Source: Candidatus Latescibacterota bacterium
GTDB taxonomy: Bacteria; Latescibacterota; UBA2968
Direction: 5' to 3'
Assembly: GCA_965198115.1 (NCBI GenBank)
Contig: OZ240241.1
Location: 4,832,001 to 4,896,000, forward strand
DNA: 64,000 nt
Under the pieces are notes generated by a model that saw nothing but the letters and a program-made list of their open reading frames with translations, was not told where the DNA came from and searched no databases. The position numbers and the translations under genes were made by a program. Below, one piece after another: positions 21,925 to 31,146 of the stretch; position 1 is the stretch's first letter, and each line of letters opens with the position of its first letter.

Positions 21925-23005
21925 AGTTCAAGTTCAACTCGCTCATGCAGCTGTAGAAACACGAGCGGCAGTCTCGAAGATCATCTCTGACCTTCTGGTA
22001 TTCTAGTGAGTTCCAGATTTCCTTCAGATCCCGGCCTTCCAGTGACATGACCTTGCGGCACTCGTAGTAGTACCCCCCACACGGCAAGATTTCCTGGAAG
22101 CAGTCTACATAGAGCGCGAAATACGGCGCGTGACAGCGCACGGGCAAAGGCTTGCCCTGGAAAAAGTCCGTCAGGGTATCGAGATACTCATCCGAACTGT
22201 CCAGGATTTTATAGCGCTCACTCAACGCTTTCAGCCTGGCCGGTATGTCCGTGACCTCAGGCTTGTCGATTTCGAACAGCAGATCGTCGGGTCGTCCGTT
22301 GGGGTCAAATACATAGGTGTCCTGAATCGGGTTCAGACTCACGTTGTCAACGCCCAGATCCTGCGCCAGCTGTAGGAGTTTTTCCATCTTCTCCCAATTG
22401 TGGGCATTGATCACGGTCGCCATGGTCACGAAGACCTCGTTTTCGAGGCCCAACTCTTGGCGCGACTTCAGTAGGATCTCCATGGCTTCAATCGTGCGTT
22501 CGAACGCACCTTTCTGGCCGCGCGATTCATCGTGTTCCGCTGCATCGGCTCCGTCCAATGAAATGGCGATGGAATCGATGCCGGTCTCTAGCAACGCTTC
22601 TGCCAGGCCTTTTCGCCGAAACAACAGACCATTGGTAGACATGCTGACGGGAATGTTACGCGATTTGATGTGGCGGACGATTTTCAGAATGTCCTCGCGG
22701 ACCAGGGGTTCCCCGCCCGTAATGGAAATGCCCGCAACCTTCAATTCCTCGAACTGATCGACGACGTCCATCCACTGCGCCGTCGTCATCTCCCGGTCCT
22801 TATCGCCCATTTTGTAGACATTACACATCGGGCAGGTTTCGTTGCATCGATACGTCACGACTAAACCGCCAAAAATCGGGCCGTTCAATGGGCGCTGCAC
22901 GTGGTAAGAGATCGGCACGGACACGAGGTTCCAGGCACGGCGCGTCAACCAATCGACGTTTCCGGCTCGAACCTGATCCCTGAGTACTTGAAGATGTTTT
23001 TTTCT
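21908..23005 (-). pseudogene. Radical SAM/SPASM-domain protein, 5' end separated by ISL3
   Basis: CNETCPMC, ITGGEP, STNG, SLDG and C-terminal C...PC...CRSC...C; the ORF-track N-terminus MRNPDRA derives from the IS. Confidence 0.85.
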
Positions 23006-24425
23006 GGCTCTATCCGGGTTTCTCAACGGTGAAACTATAGAATGACAAGGTCATAGATCGTTCCCTACGCTTGGTTGTGTGTGTAGGACAATCAAAGCGA
23101 AGGGGGTGCGACCTATGACCGGGAGCAGATTACTATCGAAACTGCTGAGATTCAAGGGGTTCCGTGTTGTCAGCTGGTGGTTTGAGGGGAGAAGCTGCTT
23201 CGTCATCGCCGTAAAGCCACATAAGAATGGTTGTTGTTGTCCGGAGTGCGGCCGTCGAGGTAAAATCGTCCGCACAATGCCCCATCCGCGTCGGTGGCGT
23301 GACATTCCGGTGTGCGGGTGGAGGGTCTGGCTTCTCTACCATCCTCGGGAGATTCGGTGTCCTACCCACGGTCGTGTGGTCGAGGAGATTCCGTGGGCGG
23401 AGCGGTTCTCTCGGGTGACGTATCGCTTCGAGTATGCCATGCTGCGCTACTGCCAGACCATGACGCAGAAGGCGGCGTCCGAGTTACTGCGCATCTCTGC
23501 CTCGACGCTGTCGGATCTCCTTCACCGATCCATCACGCGGCTTCGTGAAGGTCATCGTATCCGAGGGCTCAAAACCATCGGGATCGACGAGATCTCCTAC
23601 GCCAAGCGTCACAGGTACGCCACGCTCGTTTACGATCTGGACCGCTCCTGCGTGGTGTGGGTTGGCCGCGGCAGGGCGCGTAAAACGATCGATCGGTTCT
23701 TCACAGAGGCTCTCAGTCCCTACCAGAGATCCAAGATCGAGTGGGCCTGCTGCGACATGAGCGAAGCTTACATCGGAGCCATCCAGGAACACTGTCCGAA
23801 TGCCAAGCTGGTCCTCGATCGCTTTCACATCGTCAAGGCTCTCAATGCCGCCGTTGACGAGGTCCGTAAGGACCAGTGGCGTAAAGCTGCCCCGGATGAG
23901 CGCAAAGCCATGAAGGGCCTCCGATGGCTCCTCTACCGGCACTCAGCGACACGCTCCAGAGGGGATACTCGGACACTCAAAGCACTGGAGAAGGCGAACT
24001 ACCGAATCTATAGAGCCTGGAGACTCAAGGACGAGTTCGAGCAGTTCTGGGAATACAAAGCGCCCTGGGCTGCCGAACGCTTCCTGAAATGCTGGACGAC
24101 GTCCGCACTCAGAAGTCGACGTGAACCCCTGCGAAAGTTCGTCAGGACCCTGCGACAGCACTTCTTCGGCGTCCTCGCATTCGTGAACACGCGTCTTACC
24201 AACGCCATCGCCGAAGGCCTCAACCGAATCGTCCAAATCGTCAAGAACCGAGCCAGCGGATTCCGCACACTCGACGCATTCAACGATATGATCTTCCTTA
24301 CCGTCGGAGACATAAACATCCCTGAGCAGATTCCGAAGAGGTTCCGCACACGCTAACCGCGCCCCCATGCCAGGAACCACGGCACCTTCACCCACTTCAG
24401 CTCGTTGAGAGATCCGGATATAGCC
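23006..24425 (+). mobile_element. ISL3-family IS, copy 3 (intact ORF)
   Basis: Same IRs; flanks TTTTTTCT (22998-23005) and TTAAAAG (24426-24432). Confidence 0.95.
23079..24356 (+). CDS. ISL3-family transposase
   Basis: Continuous 425-aa ORF with zinc finger and DDE motifs. Confidence 0.95.
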   Translation: MCRTIKAKGVRPMTGSRLLSKLLRFKGFRVVSWWFEGRSCFVIAVKPHKNGCCCPECGRRGKIVRTMPHPRRWRDIPVCGWRVWLLYHPREIRCPTHGRVVEEIPWAERFSRVTYRFEYAMLRYCQTMTQKAASELLRISASTLSDLLHRSITRLREGHRIRGLKTIGIDEISYAKRHRYATLVYDLDRSCVVWVGRGRARKTIDRFFTEALSPYQRSKIEWACCDMSEAYIGAIQEHCPNAKLVLDRFHIVKALNAAVDEVRKDQWRKAAPDERKAMKGLRWLLYRHSATRSRGDTRTLKALEKANYRIYRAWRLKDEFEQFWEYKAPWAAERFLKCWTTSALRSRREPLRKFVRTLRQHFFGVLAFVNTRLTNAIAEGLNRIVQIVKNRASGFRTLDAFNDMIFLTVGDINIPEQIPKRFRTR

Positions 24426-24505
24426 TTAAAAGCGATCACAATCGTGTCGATGATGCGTGGCTCGTCGTCTGCGGTGGCGATTCTGACGGTGGCCATCTGT
24501 CCCTC

Positions 24506-26371
24506 CTACTTCTGCAACGGTAGCTCGATGTAGCTGGCTGCGTCGCTCGTGTGATGAATCCGCTGCGTCGCTTTTTGATAATCCCCCATTTTGGCCCAGG
24601 CAATGTTTTTGACGAAGGTCTGCGGGTTCCGGTCGTAGATAGGGAACCACGAGCTCTGTATCTGTACGAGAATGCGATGACCCGACAGGAAGGTGTGGTT
24701 CACGTGGGGCATCGGGACGCGATACGGGAGGACCTCTTCCGGCGGAATCGGACGTGCGGTATCGAAGCTTTCGCGGTAGCGACCGCGCAGGATGTCGCCG
24801 GAGATCATGAATTGATATCCCCCGAGGTCCGGTTTGGACGGCACTTCGTTCGGGAAGAGATCGATGAGTTTGACGACCCAGTCTGCGTCTGTCCCCGTGG
24901 TCGAGGCGAAAAGGGTGGCTGAAATCTCGCCACGAACTGTGATTGGCTCTGTTAGCACCTCGCTGACGAAGGTGAGCACATCGGTCCGATCGGCGAATGG
25001 ACGCTGATCGTCGACGAGCCAGCGTCGCCACGTGGATCCGCTTCCGCCGATAGGCGGGATCGGACGAACGCGGTAAGGCACGGGTTTGGCGGGATCCGAG
25101 ACGTATTCGGTGAAAGGATCGCCGGCGCGGGGCGGTTTGAAAGACATACTGCCGGCGGGATGCAGGTAGAGCCGGGTCTGTTTCAGACTTTCCGGGGGCC
25201 AGGCGCTAAACTCGCGCCAGTCGTGACGACCTGTATCGAAGGCAAGGACAGGCGGAAGCGCCTCGGCCGGTCTTTTGCCCTTGAGATGGTGGTCCCAGAA
25301 CGGCTTCTCCATTCGCCTGCGGTACTGTAAGGCGGTGTCGGCGTCCCACTTGAGTGAGCCGAGGGAGGAGCCGTCGCCCGTGCTCTGACCGTGGCACCAC
25401 GGACCGATGGCCATGTGGGTTCTCCGTCCGCTGCGATCGCGTTTGGCCATCGCGGCGTGGCTGGCTGGCGGTCCGTAAATATCCTCCTGATCGAAAAGAC
25501 TGTGCACGGTGAGGACAGGTACTTTACGCGGGACCCTGGCCAGCTGACGATCGACGGCCAGGTCCTGCCAGTAGTCGTCGTAGGCGGGGTGGTCGATCAG
25601 CCGTTTCCACGCGGGAAGCCGGTCCAGTCCGTGTCGACGTCCGAGCTCACCGATGGACCCGGCCTCGAGGACGGCCGAGTAATGGTCGTGGTAACCCCAG
25701 GGGATCTTGTGGCTGGCGTTCTTGCTCGAGGTCTGGCGGTAGACGTACTCCATCATGACCGTGCGGTAGGCACCGTGACGGTAGAAGTCGTCGCCGATCC
25801 AGGAGTCGACCATCGCGTTGACGGGCACGGCTGCCTTGAGGGCGGGGTGTGGCTCGAGGAGCGACAGGAGGGTGAGCAGCCCGTCGTAGGAGACGCCGGT
25901 GATGCCGACACGGCCGTTGTTGTTCTCCACGTTTTTCAAAAGCCAATCGACGGTGTCCCACGCGTCCGTGGTCTGGTCGACCTTGCCGCTGTTGAAGGGG
26001 CCCCGCGAGGGCATCGTCATGATGTACTTGCCCTTCGAGCGGAAGCGCCCCCGCACGTCCTGATAGGCCCGGATGTAGCCGTCTCGTACGAGCTCTTCGT
26101 CGGCGGGGGGCAGGGCCATTGCGATGTCGGGACTTTCATTGCGTGACGCCCGGCTGGCGGCACTGTAGGGCGTGCGCGACAAGATGATCGGCATCTTTCG
26201 CGACACGTCCTTCGGGATCGCGATGATCGTGAACAGCTCGATGCCGTCGCGCATGGGCACCATCGCCTCCACGCGTGTGAAGTTGAAGCCAGTCGTGGTG
26301 GTCTTGAAGGTGCGGGGGACATCGCTGGTGCCGGCAACGTCGCCAGCGGATTTTTTCTTCCTTTTGGCCAT
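24506..26371 (-). CDS. CocE/NonD family hydrolase (alpha-amino acid ester hydrolase-like)
   Basis: MRDGIEL, RTPY, QDVRGR, GVSYDG nucleophile, FDQED, GPWCHG and QIQSSWFP. Confidence 0.93.
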   Translation of the reverse strand: MAKRKKKSAGDVAGTSDVPRTFKTTTTGFNFTRVEAMVPMRDGIELFTIIAIPKDVSRKMPIILSRTPYSAASRASRNESPDIAMALPPADEELVRDGYIRAYQDVRGRFRSKGKYIMTMPSRGPFNSGKVDQTTDAWDTVDWLLKNVENNNGRVGITGVSYDGLLTLLSLLEPHPALKAAVPVNAMVDSWIGDDFYRHGAYRTVMMEYVYRQTSSKNASHKIPWGYHDHYSAVLEAGSIGELGRRHGLDRLPAWKRLIDHPAYDDYWQDLAVDRQLARVPRKVPVLTVHSLFDQEDIYGPPASHAAMAKRDRSGRRTHMAIGPWCHGQSTGDGSSLGSLKWDADTALQYRRRMEKPFWDHHLKGKRPAEALPPVLAFDTGRHDWREFSAWPPESLKQTRLYLHPAGSMSFKPPRAGDPFTEYVSDPAKPVPYRVRPIPPIGGSGSTWRRWLVDDQRPFADRTDVLTFVSEVLTEPITVRGEISATLFASTTGTDADWVVKLIDLFPNEVPSKPDLGGYQFMISGDILRGRYRESFDTARPIPPEEVLPYRVPMPHVNHTFLSGHRILVQIQSSWFPIYDRNPQTFVKNIAWAKMGDYQKATQRIHHTSDAASYIELPLQK

Positions 26372-26487
26372 AAGAATCGACGCTCCGTGGATTCGGATTA
26401 CTGACAGATGGGCAAAGCTTCAAGATCAGTTTCTTCGCCCGACAAATCCATCACCAATACACGTGGTACTGGCTCTCGCGGGCACTG

Positions 26488-27321
26488 TCACTGGCCTACC
26501 GGGATGAACGGGAACAGCTCCCGTTGGCGTTCCGGGGTGAGTGAGGAACCGTATTCGCACACTTCGAAGGCTTCTGCGTACTGGACATTGCTTCCGCGTT
26601 CTTCTCCGTAGAGATCGATGAGCCGATCCCGGTAACGGTCCGCGATGTCCGAAAAAGCACCCAGACGGCGTTCGGCCATCCAGGCGCGTCGCTCCGCATC
26701 GCCTTCGGGCACGGCGTCGCTCGTTCCGCTGTTGAACGGCAGCCACTCGTACATCTGTGACGTGTGGCAATGCAGCATGTCGATCTTCTTCTCGATGACG
26801 TCGTCGATGTCGACGACGATGTCGGGGTCGAACGGGATGGGCTTCTGGAAGGTGTCACTCAGATACATGATGATCGGATTCGTGGTCAGGAAGGGCGTGA
26901 GCGGGCACATGTTCGGCACGGTCACGATGTAGGCGGCGTCCTGGACGAGCATGGCCGAATAGCGATGGTCAGGATGGTAATCCCACGGCCGATGGGACAT
27001 CACGAGGTCGGGTTCGAAATCTCGGATGATGCGGATCACCTGTTTTCGGTAGTGCACGGTCGGTTCCAGTTCGCCGGTGTGGTTATCGAGCACGTCATAC
27101 TCGATCCCTAAGACGCGGCCAGAAGCTTGTGCTTCCTCGTAGCGCCGCTGCGCGAGTTCGATGCCGCCGATCTCGTGATGACCGGTGGCCCCGTTCGTGT
27201 GGGCGACGAACTTCACGCGGTGGCCGAGGTCGGCATACTGAGCGGCAAGCCCACCGGCCTTGATGTCGCAGTCGTCGGCGTGGGCGCCGAAGATGAGGAT
27301 GTGGAGTCTGTCTTCTGGCAT
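26488..27321 (-). CDS. PIG-L family deacetylase
   Basis: FGAHADD, TNG, DYHPDH and CHTSQ; GGAGAG RBS before ATG 27321. Confidence 0.92.
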   Translation of the reverse strand: MPEDRLHILIFGAHADDCDIKAGGLAAQYADLGHRVKFVAHTNGATGHHEIGGIELAQRRYEEAQASGRVLGIEYDVLDNHTGELEPTVHYRKQVIRIIRDFEPDLVMSHRPWDYHPDHRYSAMLVQDAAYIVTVPNMCPLTPFLTTNPIIMYLSDTFQKPIPFDPDIVVDIDDVIEKKIDMLHCHTSQMYEWLPFNSGTSDAVPEGDAERRAWMAERRLGAFSDIADRYRDRLIDLYGEERGSNVQYAEAFEVCEYGSSLTPERQRELFPFIPVGQ

Positions 27322-27579
27322 TGGGAGCTCTCCTTGTGAATCAGAAGATGAACACGAAACCGCCCCTCGGTACGATTCGACTTGCGTCGAGTCACTCTGG
27401 GCAGGCGAGCACGAAGGCCTGCCCGGTATTACCACGGGGAGAGTCCAAGATATGGACGGGAACACCGCGCGTGAAGAATCAGTCGTCTGAGTCACAAATG
27501 AAGGGGGCGACTCTTGCGAGCCGCCCCTGACTTCAATCCCTTCGGTGCCTGGTGGAACCAGTACCCTAGTGCGGGAACT

Positions 27580-28470
27580 TCATCCTCCAGTGTCGCCGAC
27601 CCGTTCAGCTTGCCGTGCCTCCTCCTGAAGCGTGTAGAGCGATTTTATCTGCGCGTCCCCGGGGATGCCGGGGATCATGGGGTTGGGCCCCCCGAACCGT
27701 GCGAACCGGGCCGGTTCCCCTCGGAGCTGGTGCGTGAGGGCTTCCAGCTGATCGATGTAAGACCCGAAGTAGATCGGGAAGGCGTCTCCCGCGCGATACT
27801 CGAAGATGAGCGTGCGTCTCGGCGTGTCAGAGCGGTTGGGCAGGGAGCTGTGCGGCATGATGCAGTGCATGAAGATGACGCTGCCGGCCGTCGCAGGAAG
27901 AGAAACCGGCTCGCCGTACTGGCCATCGTCGATCGTCTCCGTGACTTTCCCGGCGAAGGTTCCGTCGGGCAAGTGGTGTTCGAAGAACCGATTCTGGTTT
28001 CGGGGTAGGACCTGGAGACATCCATTTTCTTCCGTGGCGTCGTCCAGGTAGATGAGCGTGGTCACGAGATCGTCGTTCGTGTGGGGGAAGTAGGCGAGGT
28101 CCTGATGCCACTCGACGACGGAACCGACCTTCGCCGGCTTCATGTTCAGCTTGCTGTGGTGGAGGCCGATGTCCGGACCGATCAGACACGCGATGCGGTC
28201 CAGGATGCGGTCGTCGGTGGCGAGATTGCGGAACGCTTCGTGCTGTTCGTACGGATTGTAGATTCTGCGAGGGACCTGCTCGCCGTCGAGCGGCTCTGGT
28301 TCGAGCTCCATGACCTTGTCAAGATGGCCGGATTCGATGGCGTCGCGCGTCAGCTCGCGGATCGTTTGATCCAGCGCATCCAGCTCGGTGCGTGTGAAGA
28401 CTGAGGGGACGACGAGGTAGCCTTCGGTCTTGTAGTGTTGGACCTGATCTTCGGTCAGACTGTGAGACAT
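27580..28470 (-). CDS. Phytanoyl-CoA dioxygenase (PhyH) family 2OG-Fe(II) enzyme
   Basis: WHQD...YLDDAT.ENGCL...HSS.PN.S..PRR. Confidence 0.92.
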   Translation of the reverse strand: MSHSLTEDQVQHYKTEGYLVVPSVFTRTELDALDQTIRELTRDAIESGHLDKVMELEPEPLDGEQVPRRIYNPYEQHEAFRNLATDDRILDRIACLIGPDIGLHHSKLNMKPAKVGSVVEWHQDLAYFPHTNDDLVTTLIYLDDATEENGCLQVLPRNQNRFFEHHLPDGTFAGKVTETIDDGQYGEPVSLPATAGSVIFMHCIMPHSSLPNRSDTPRRTLIFEYRAGDAFPIYFGSYIDQLEALTHQLRGEPARFARFGGPNPMIPGIPGDAQIKSLYTLQEEARQAERVGDTGG

Positions 28471-28489
28471 CGTAGGCCTCCGCCTGTGG

Positions 28490-28660
28490 TCAAGTTTCCT
28501 GTGCGACTCCCGACTCGAGGTGCAATTCGATGCCGCCAACCCAGCCTGCCGCCAGGTTGTAGATGGCAGCACCGATTACACCACCAATATATCCAAGGAT
28601 GCCGTAAATGACGGGCAGGGCGATCACAGCGCCTACACCAAACATCCCTAGGAAACAGAG
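28490..28660 (-). pseudogene. DUF3566-like small membrane protein, C-terminal remnant
   Basis: Manual translation gives FLGMFGVGAVIALPVIYGILGYIGGVIGAAIYNLAAGWVGGIELHLE...*, with no N-terminus. Confidence 0.6.
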
Positions 28661-28690
28661 GCTGCTCCCCCAGCTCCATCCTAAGACCTC

Positions 28691-29677
28691 CTAAGACTCC
28701 ACCCACACATCGGGTTTCGTGTCGACCTCGTGACGATCGAAGACCGCGTCAATCGCCTGCAATGCGTCATCATCGAATGTGACGTCGACAGCAGCAAGGT
28801 TCGCTTCGACTTCTCCCGCGTTTCTGGCTCCGACCAGCGCCACGCTCAGAACAGGATTGGCCAGAACCCAGGCCAGGGCGAGGTTGGCCATCTGGATGCC
28901 CAGGTCATTCGCAATGCCTTTAAGGTCTTCTACGACGCGGAGGTTTCGGGAAAAGTTCTCTTCCGTGAAGAGCTTCATGTTGAACGCGCCGCCGCGTCGT
29001 CGCCAATCATTGTCGCCGAAGGTCGTGTTCTCGTCGAATGCTCCTGTAAGAAGTCCGTGGGCGAGCGAGCCATAGCCCATAAAACCGATCCCGTTCCTTT
29101 TGTGGGTCGGCAGGATGTCGACTTCCATCCGGCGATCGAACATATGGTAGCCGTACTGCCCGACGTCGACTCGGCGCGCTTCCATACATGATTCGATTTC
29201 GTCCGATTTGAAGTTTGATACCCCGCAGAAACGAACCTTGCCCTCCTGGACGAGGTCCTCCATTGCCCGCATCGGCTCGTCGAACGGGATTCGGCGATCG
29301 GGCCAGTGGATGAGGTAAACGTCGATGTAGTCGGTGTTCAGATGCTTCAGGCTCGTCTCGATTGACAGCTTGCATCGAGGTGCGCGACTGTCTCGCCCCT
29401 TCTCAGTGATCGCATCGTTGTACCGGATGCCCCACTTCGTAACGAGAATGATGTCCTTGCGTCGGTCACCCAACCCCTTGGCCAGCAGTTCCTCGGATCG
29501 TCCGAAACCATAACCCTGGGCAGTGTCGTAACAGTTGATCCCGACGTCGAGTGCCTTGTGTATAGCCCCGACCACTTCCGTGTCGTCGAAATCGCCGTAG
29601 TTTCCGCCCAGCTCCCAACAGCCGAACCCAATGGCGGAAACGTCCATTCCCGTTTGTCCGAATGGTCGGTAGTTCAT
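28691..29677 (-). CDS. Aldo/keto reductase
   Basis: IGFGCW, YDTAQGYG, TKWG, YLIHWPD, GVSNF and SLAHGLLTG. Confidence 0.95.
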   Translation of the reverse strand: MNYRPFGQTGMDVSAIGFGCWELGGNYGDFDDTEVVGAIHKALDVGINCYDTAQGYGFGRSEELLAKGLGDRRKDIILVTKWGIRYNDAITEKGRDSRAPRCKLSIETSLKHLNTDYIDVYLIHWPDRRIPFDEPMRAMEDLVQEGKVRFCGVSNFKSDEIESCMEARRVDVGQYGYHMFDRRMEVDILPTHKRNGIGFMGYGSLAHGLLTGAFDENTTFGDNDWRRRGGAFNMKLFTEENFSRNLRVVEDLKGIANDLGIQMANLALAWVLANPVLSVALVGARNAGEVEANLAAVDVTFDDDALQAIDAVFDRHEVDTKPDVWVES

Positions 29678-29705
29678 TACCAGATCCTCTCGCTGCGAAG
29701 GCTAA

Positions 29706-29875
29706 CACGAAGACGCGAAGGTCCGGATGAGGGGAGCGATTGACCAGTGACAGGTGACTATTGACCACTGACCGATTCCATCTACGTCAGAACTCTTCGG
29801 CACCGCAGGCTAAGGGCGTTCTCAATGCGGCGTTGTCTCGATGTATTTCTCAGTATCCTCTGTGTGCTCAGTGGC
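29706..29875. repeat. Stacked short tandem repeats (8-mer, 7-mer, 9-mer)
   Basis: CACGAAGA CGCGAAGG (29706-29721); TGACCAG TGACAGG TGACTAT TGACCAC TGACCGA (29741-29775); CTCAGTATC CTCTGTGTG CTCAGTGGC (29849-29875). Confidence 0.75.
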
Positions 29876-29881
29876 TGCTTT

Positions 29882-30925
29882 TCACGCACCCTTGCGGTTG
29901 GCAACCGTATTGGCTGTGATGTCGAACCAGGTTTCGTGGCCGGCGAAGAAGCGTTCCATCTCGTCGACCATAAGCTCGAAGAACGCGCCCCGGCTCACGC
30001 CGCCTGACGAGCTGTGGGGTGTCATGAAGACGTTGGGTAGTGTCAGGACTTCGTGGTCGGGCGGGGGAGGGTCGGGGTCGAAGACTTCGAGGCCGGCGCT
30101 GATGTCGCCCTTCTTCAGGCGCGCGACGAGGGCGTCCGAATCGACGATGGGGCCGCGCGAGACGTTCACGAAGACCGAGTTCGGCTGAAGCAGGTTGAGC
30201 TCCCGCTCCCCGATCATGCCGCGCGTGCCGGGCGTGAGCGGCGCGACGCACACGACGACGTCACAACGCCCCATGATGTTGTCCAACGATGTGAGGGTGA
30301 ATCCGAGCGCCTCGGGCAACTCACGGGGGATGTAAGGGTCGTGGACGTAGATGTCGACTTCGAACGGCCTGAGGTACTTCATCAGGCGCCGACCCATGTG
30401 ACCGCAGCCTATGAGACCGACTTTCTTGCCGACGAGGGTGCCGGCGAACGGGTATAGGTCGCGGTCCCTCGGTTTGCCGGCACGCATGCGGTCGAACTGT
30501 GTGACGCCGTTGCGGCAGGCGACGAGGATCATGGCCATTGCCCATTCTGAAACCGGATAGGAGGAGCCATTCGTGGTGTCGACGACGCGGATGTCTCGTT
30601 CCCACGCCGCGTCGACGTCGATGCGACTGTTGAAGCGGTCCCCCTCGAGTTCTCCGATGAGGCGCAGCCTATCTGCCCCTTCGAGGACGGACGCGTCGAC
30701 CATTGGGGCGCCGTTGCAGATGATGAGGGCATCGACGCCCGTCAGTCGTTCGCGAAGTGTCGCTGCGTCCTCGTCGTTGTCGCTGTTGTCGTAGATTCCA
30801 CCGCCTTCACACGCGAACCAATCCCACGTGGCCAATGCTTCCAACCTGGAAAGGGTTTGCTCGAGCAGGTAGTCGTCCCGAACGCGCTGGCTAAACGCGA
30901 AGAGGATGTTCGGCCGATCAGTCAC
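29882..30925 (-). CDS. D-isomer-specific 2-hydroxyacid dehydrogenase
   Basis: GLIGCGHMG, HDPY, PLTPGTRGMIG, FVNVSRG, LEVFDPDP and TPH; GTG 30925 with RBS. Confidence 0.92.
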   Translation of the reverse strand: MTDRPNILFAFSQRVRDDYLLEQTLSRLEALATWDWFACEGGGIYDNSDNDEDAATLRERLTGVDALIICNGAPMVDASVLEGADRLRLIGELEGDRFNSRIDVDAAWERDIRVVDTTNGSSYPVSEWAMAMILVACRNGVTQFDRMRAGKPRDRDLYPFAGTLVGKKVGLIGCGHMGRRLMKYLRPFEVDIYVHDPYIPRELPEALGFTLTSLDNIMGRCDVVVCVAPLTPGTRGMIGERELNLLQPNSVFVNVSRGPIVDSDALVARLKKGDISAGLEVFDPDPPPPDHEVLTLPNVFMTPHSSSGGVSRGAFFELMVDEMERFFAGHETWFDITANTVANRKGA

Positions 30926-31010
30926 GTCATCTCCCTTGTGATGTATGTTGGATGGCGCAAGATAAGGCGGGACGCCTGAGCCGGAAAGGGTGACGAATGG
31001 CCGGCGAAGC

Positions 31011-31038
31011 TTGACAGGCGGTGGCGCCGTGATAATGT
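31011..31038 (+). promoter_or_regulatory. Sigma70-like promoter for addAB
   Basis: TTGACA-N16-TAATGT with a TG extension. Confidence 0.5.
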
Positions 31039-31054
31039 TCCCCGAGTACGGCGC

Positions 31055-31134
31055 ATTAGGAAATTGTGAAAATAGGGAATTATGAAATTGGTTCCAGATC
31101 CGGGCTGTGACCATCAATTTCATAATTCCCTAAT
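31055..31134. repeat. 8-mer tandem-repeat hairpin
   Basis: ATTAGGAA ATTGTGAA AATAGGGA ATTATGAA ATTG...CAATTTCATAATTCCCTAAT; 19 of 20 bp inverted match. Confidence 0.85.
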
Positions 31135-31146
31135 ACGGGATGTGAA

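Noticed and set aside
11291-24425. Ordinary composite transposon
   Set aside because: It does not explain the matching inner 8-bp flanks or the gene split across the two inner ends.
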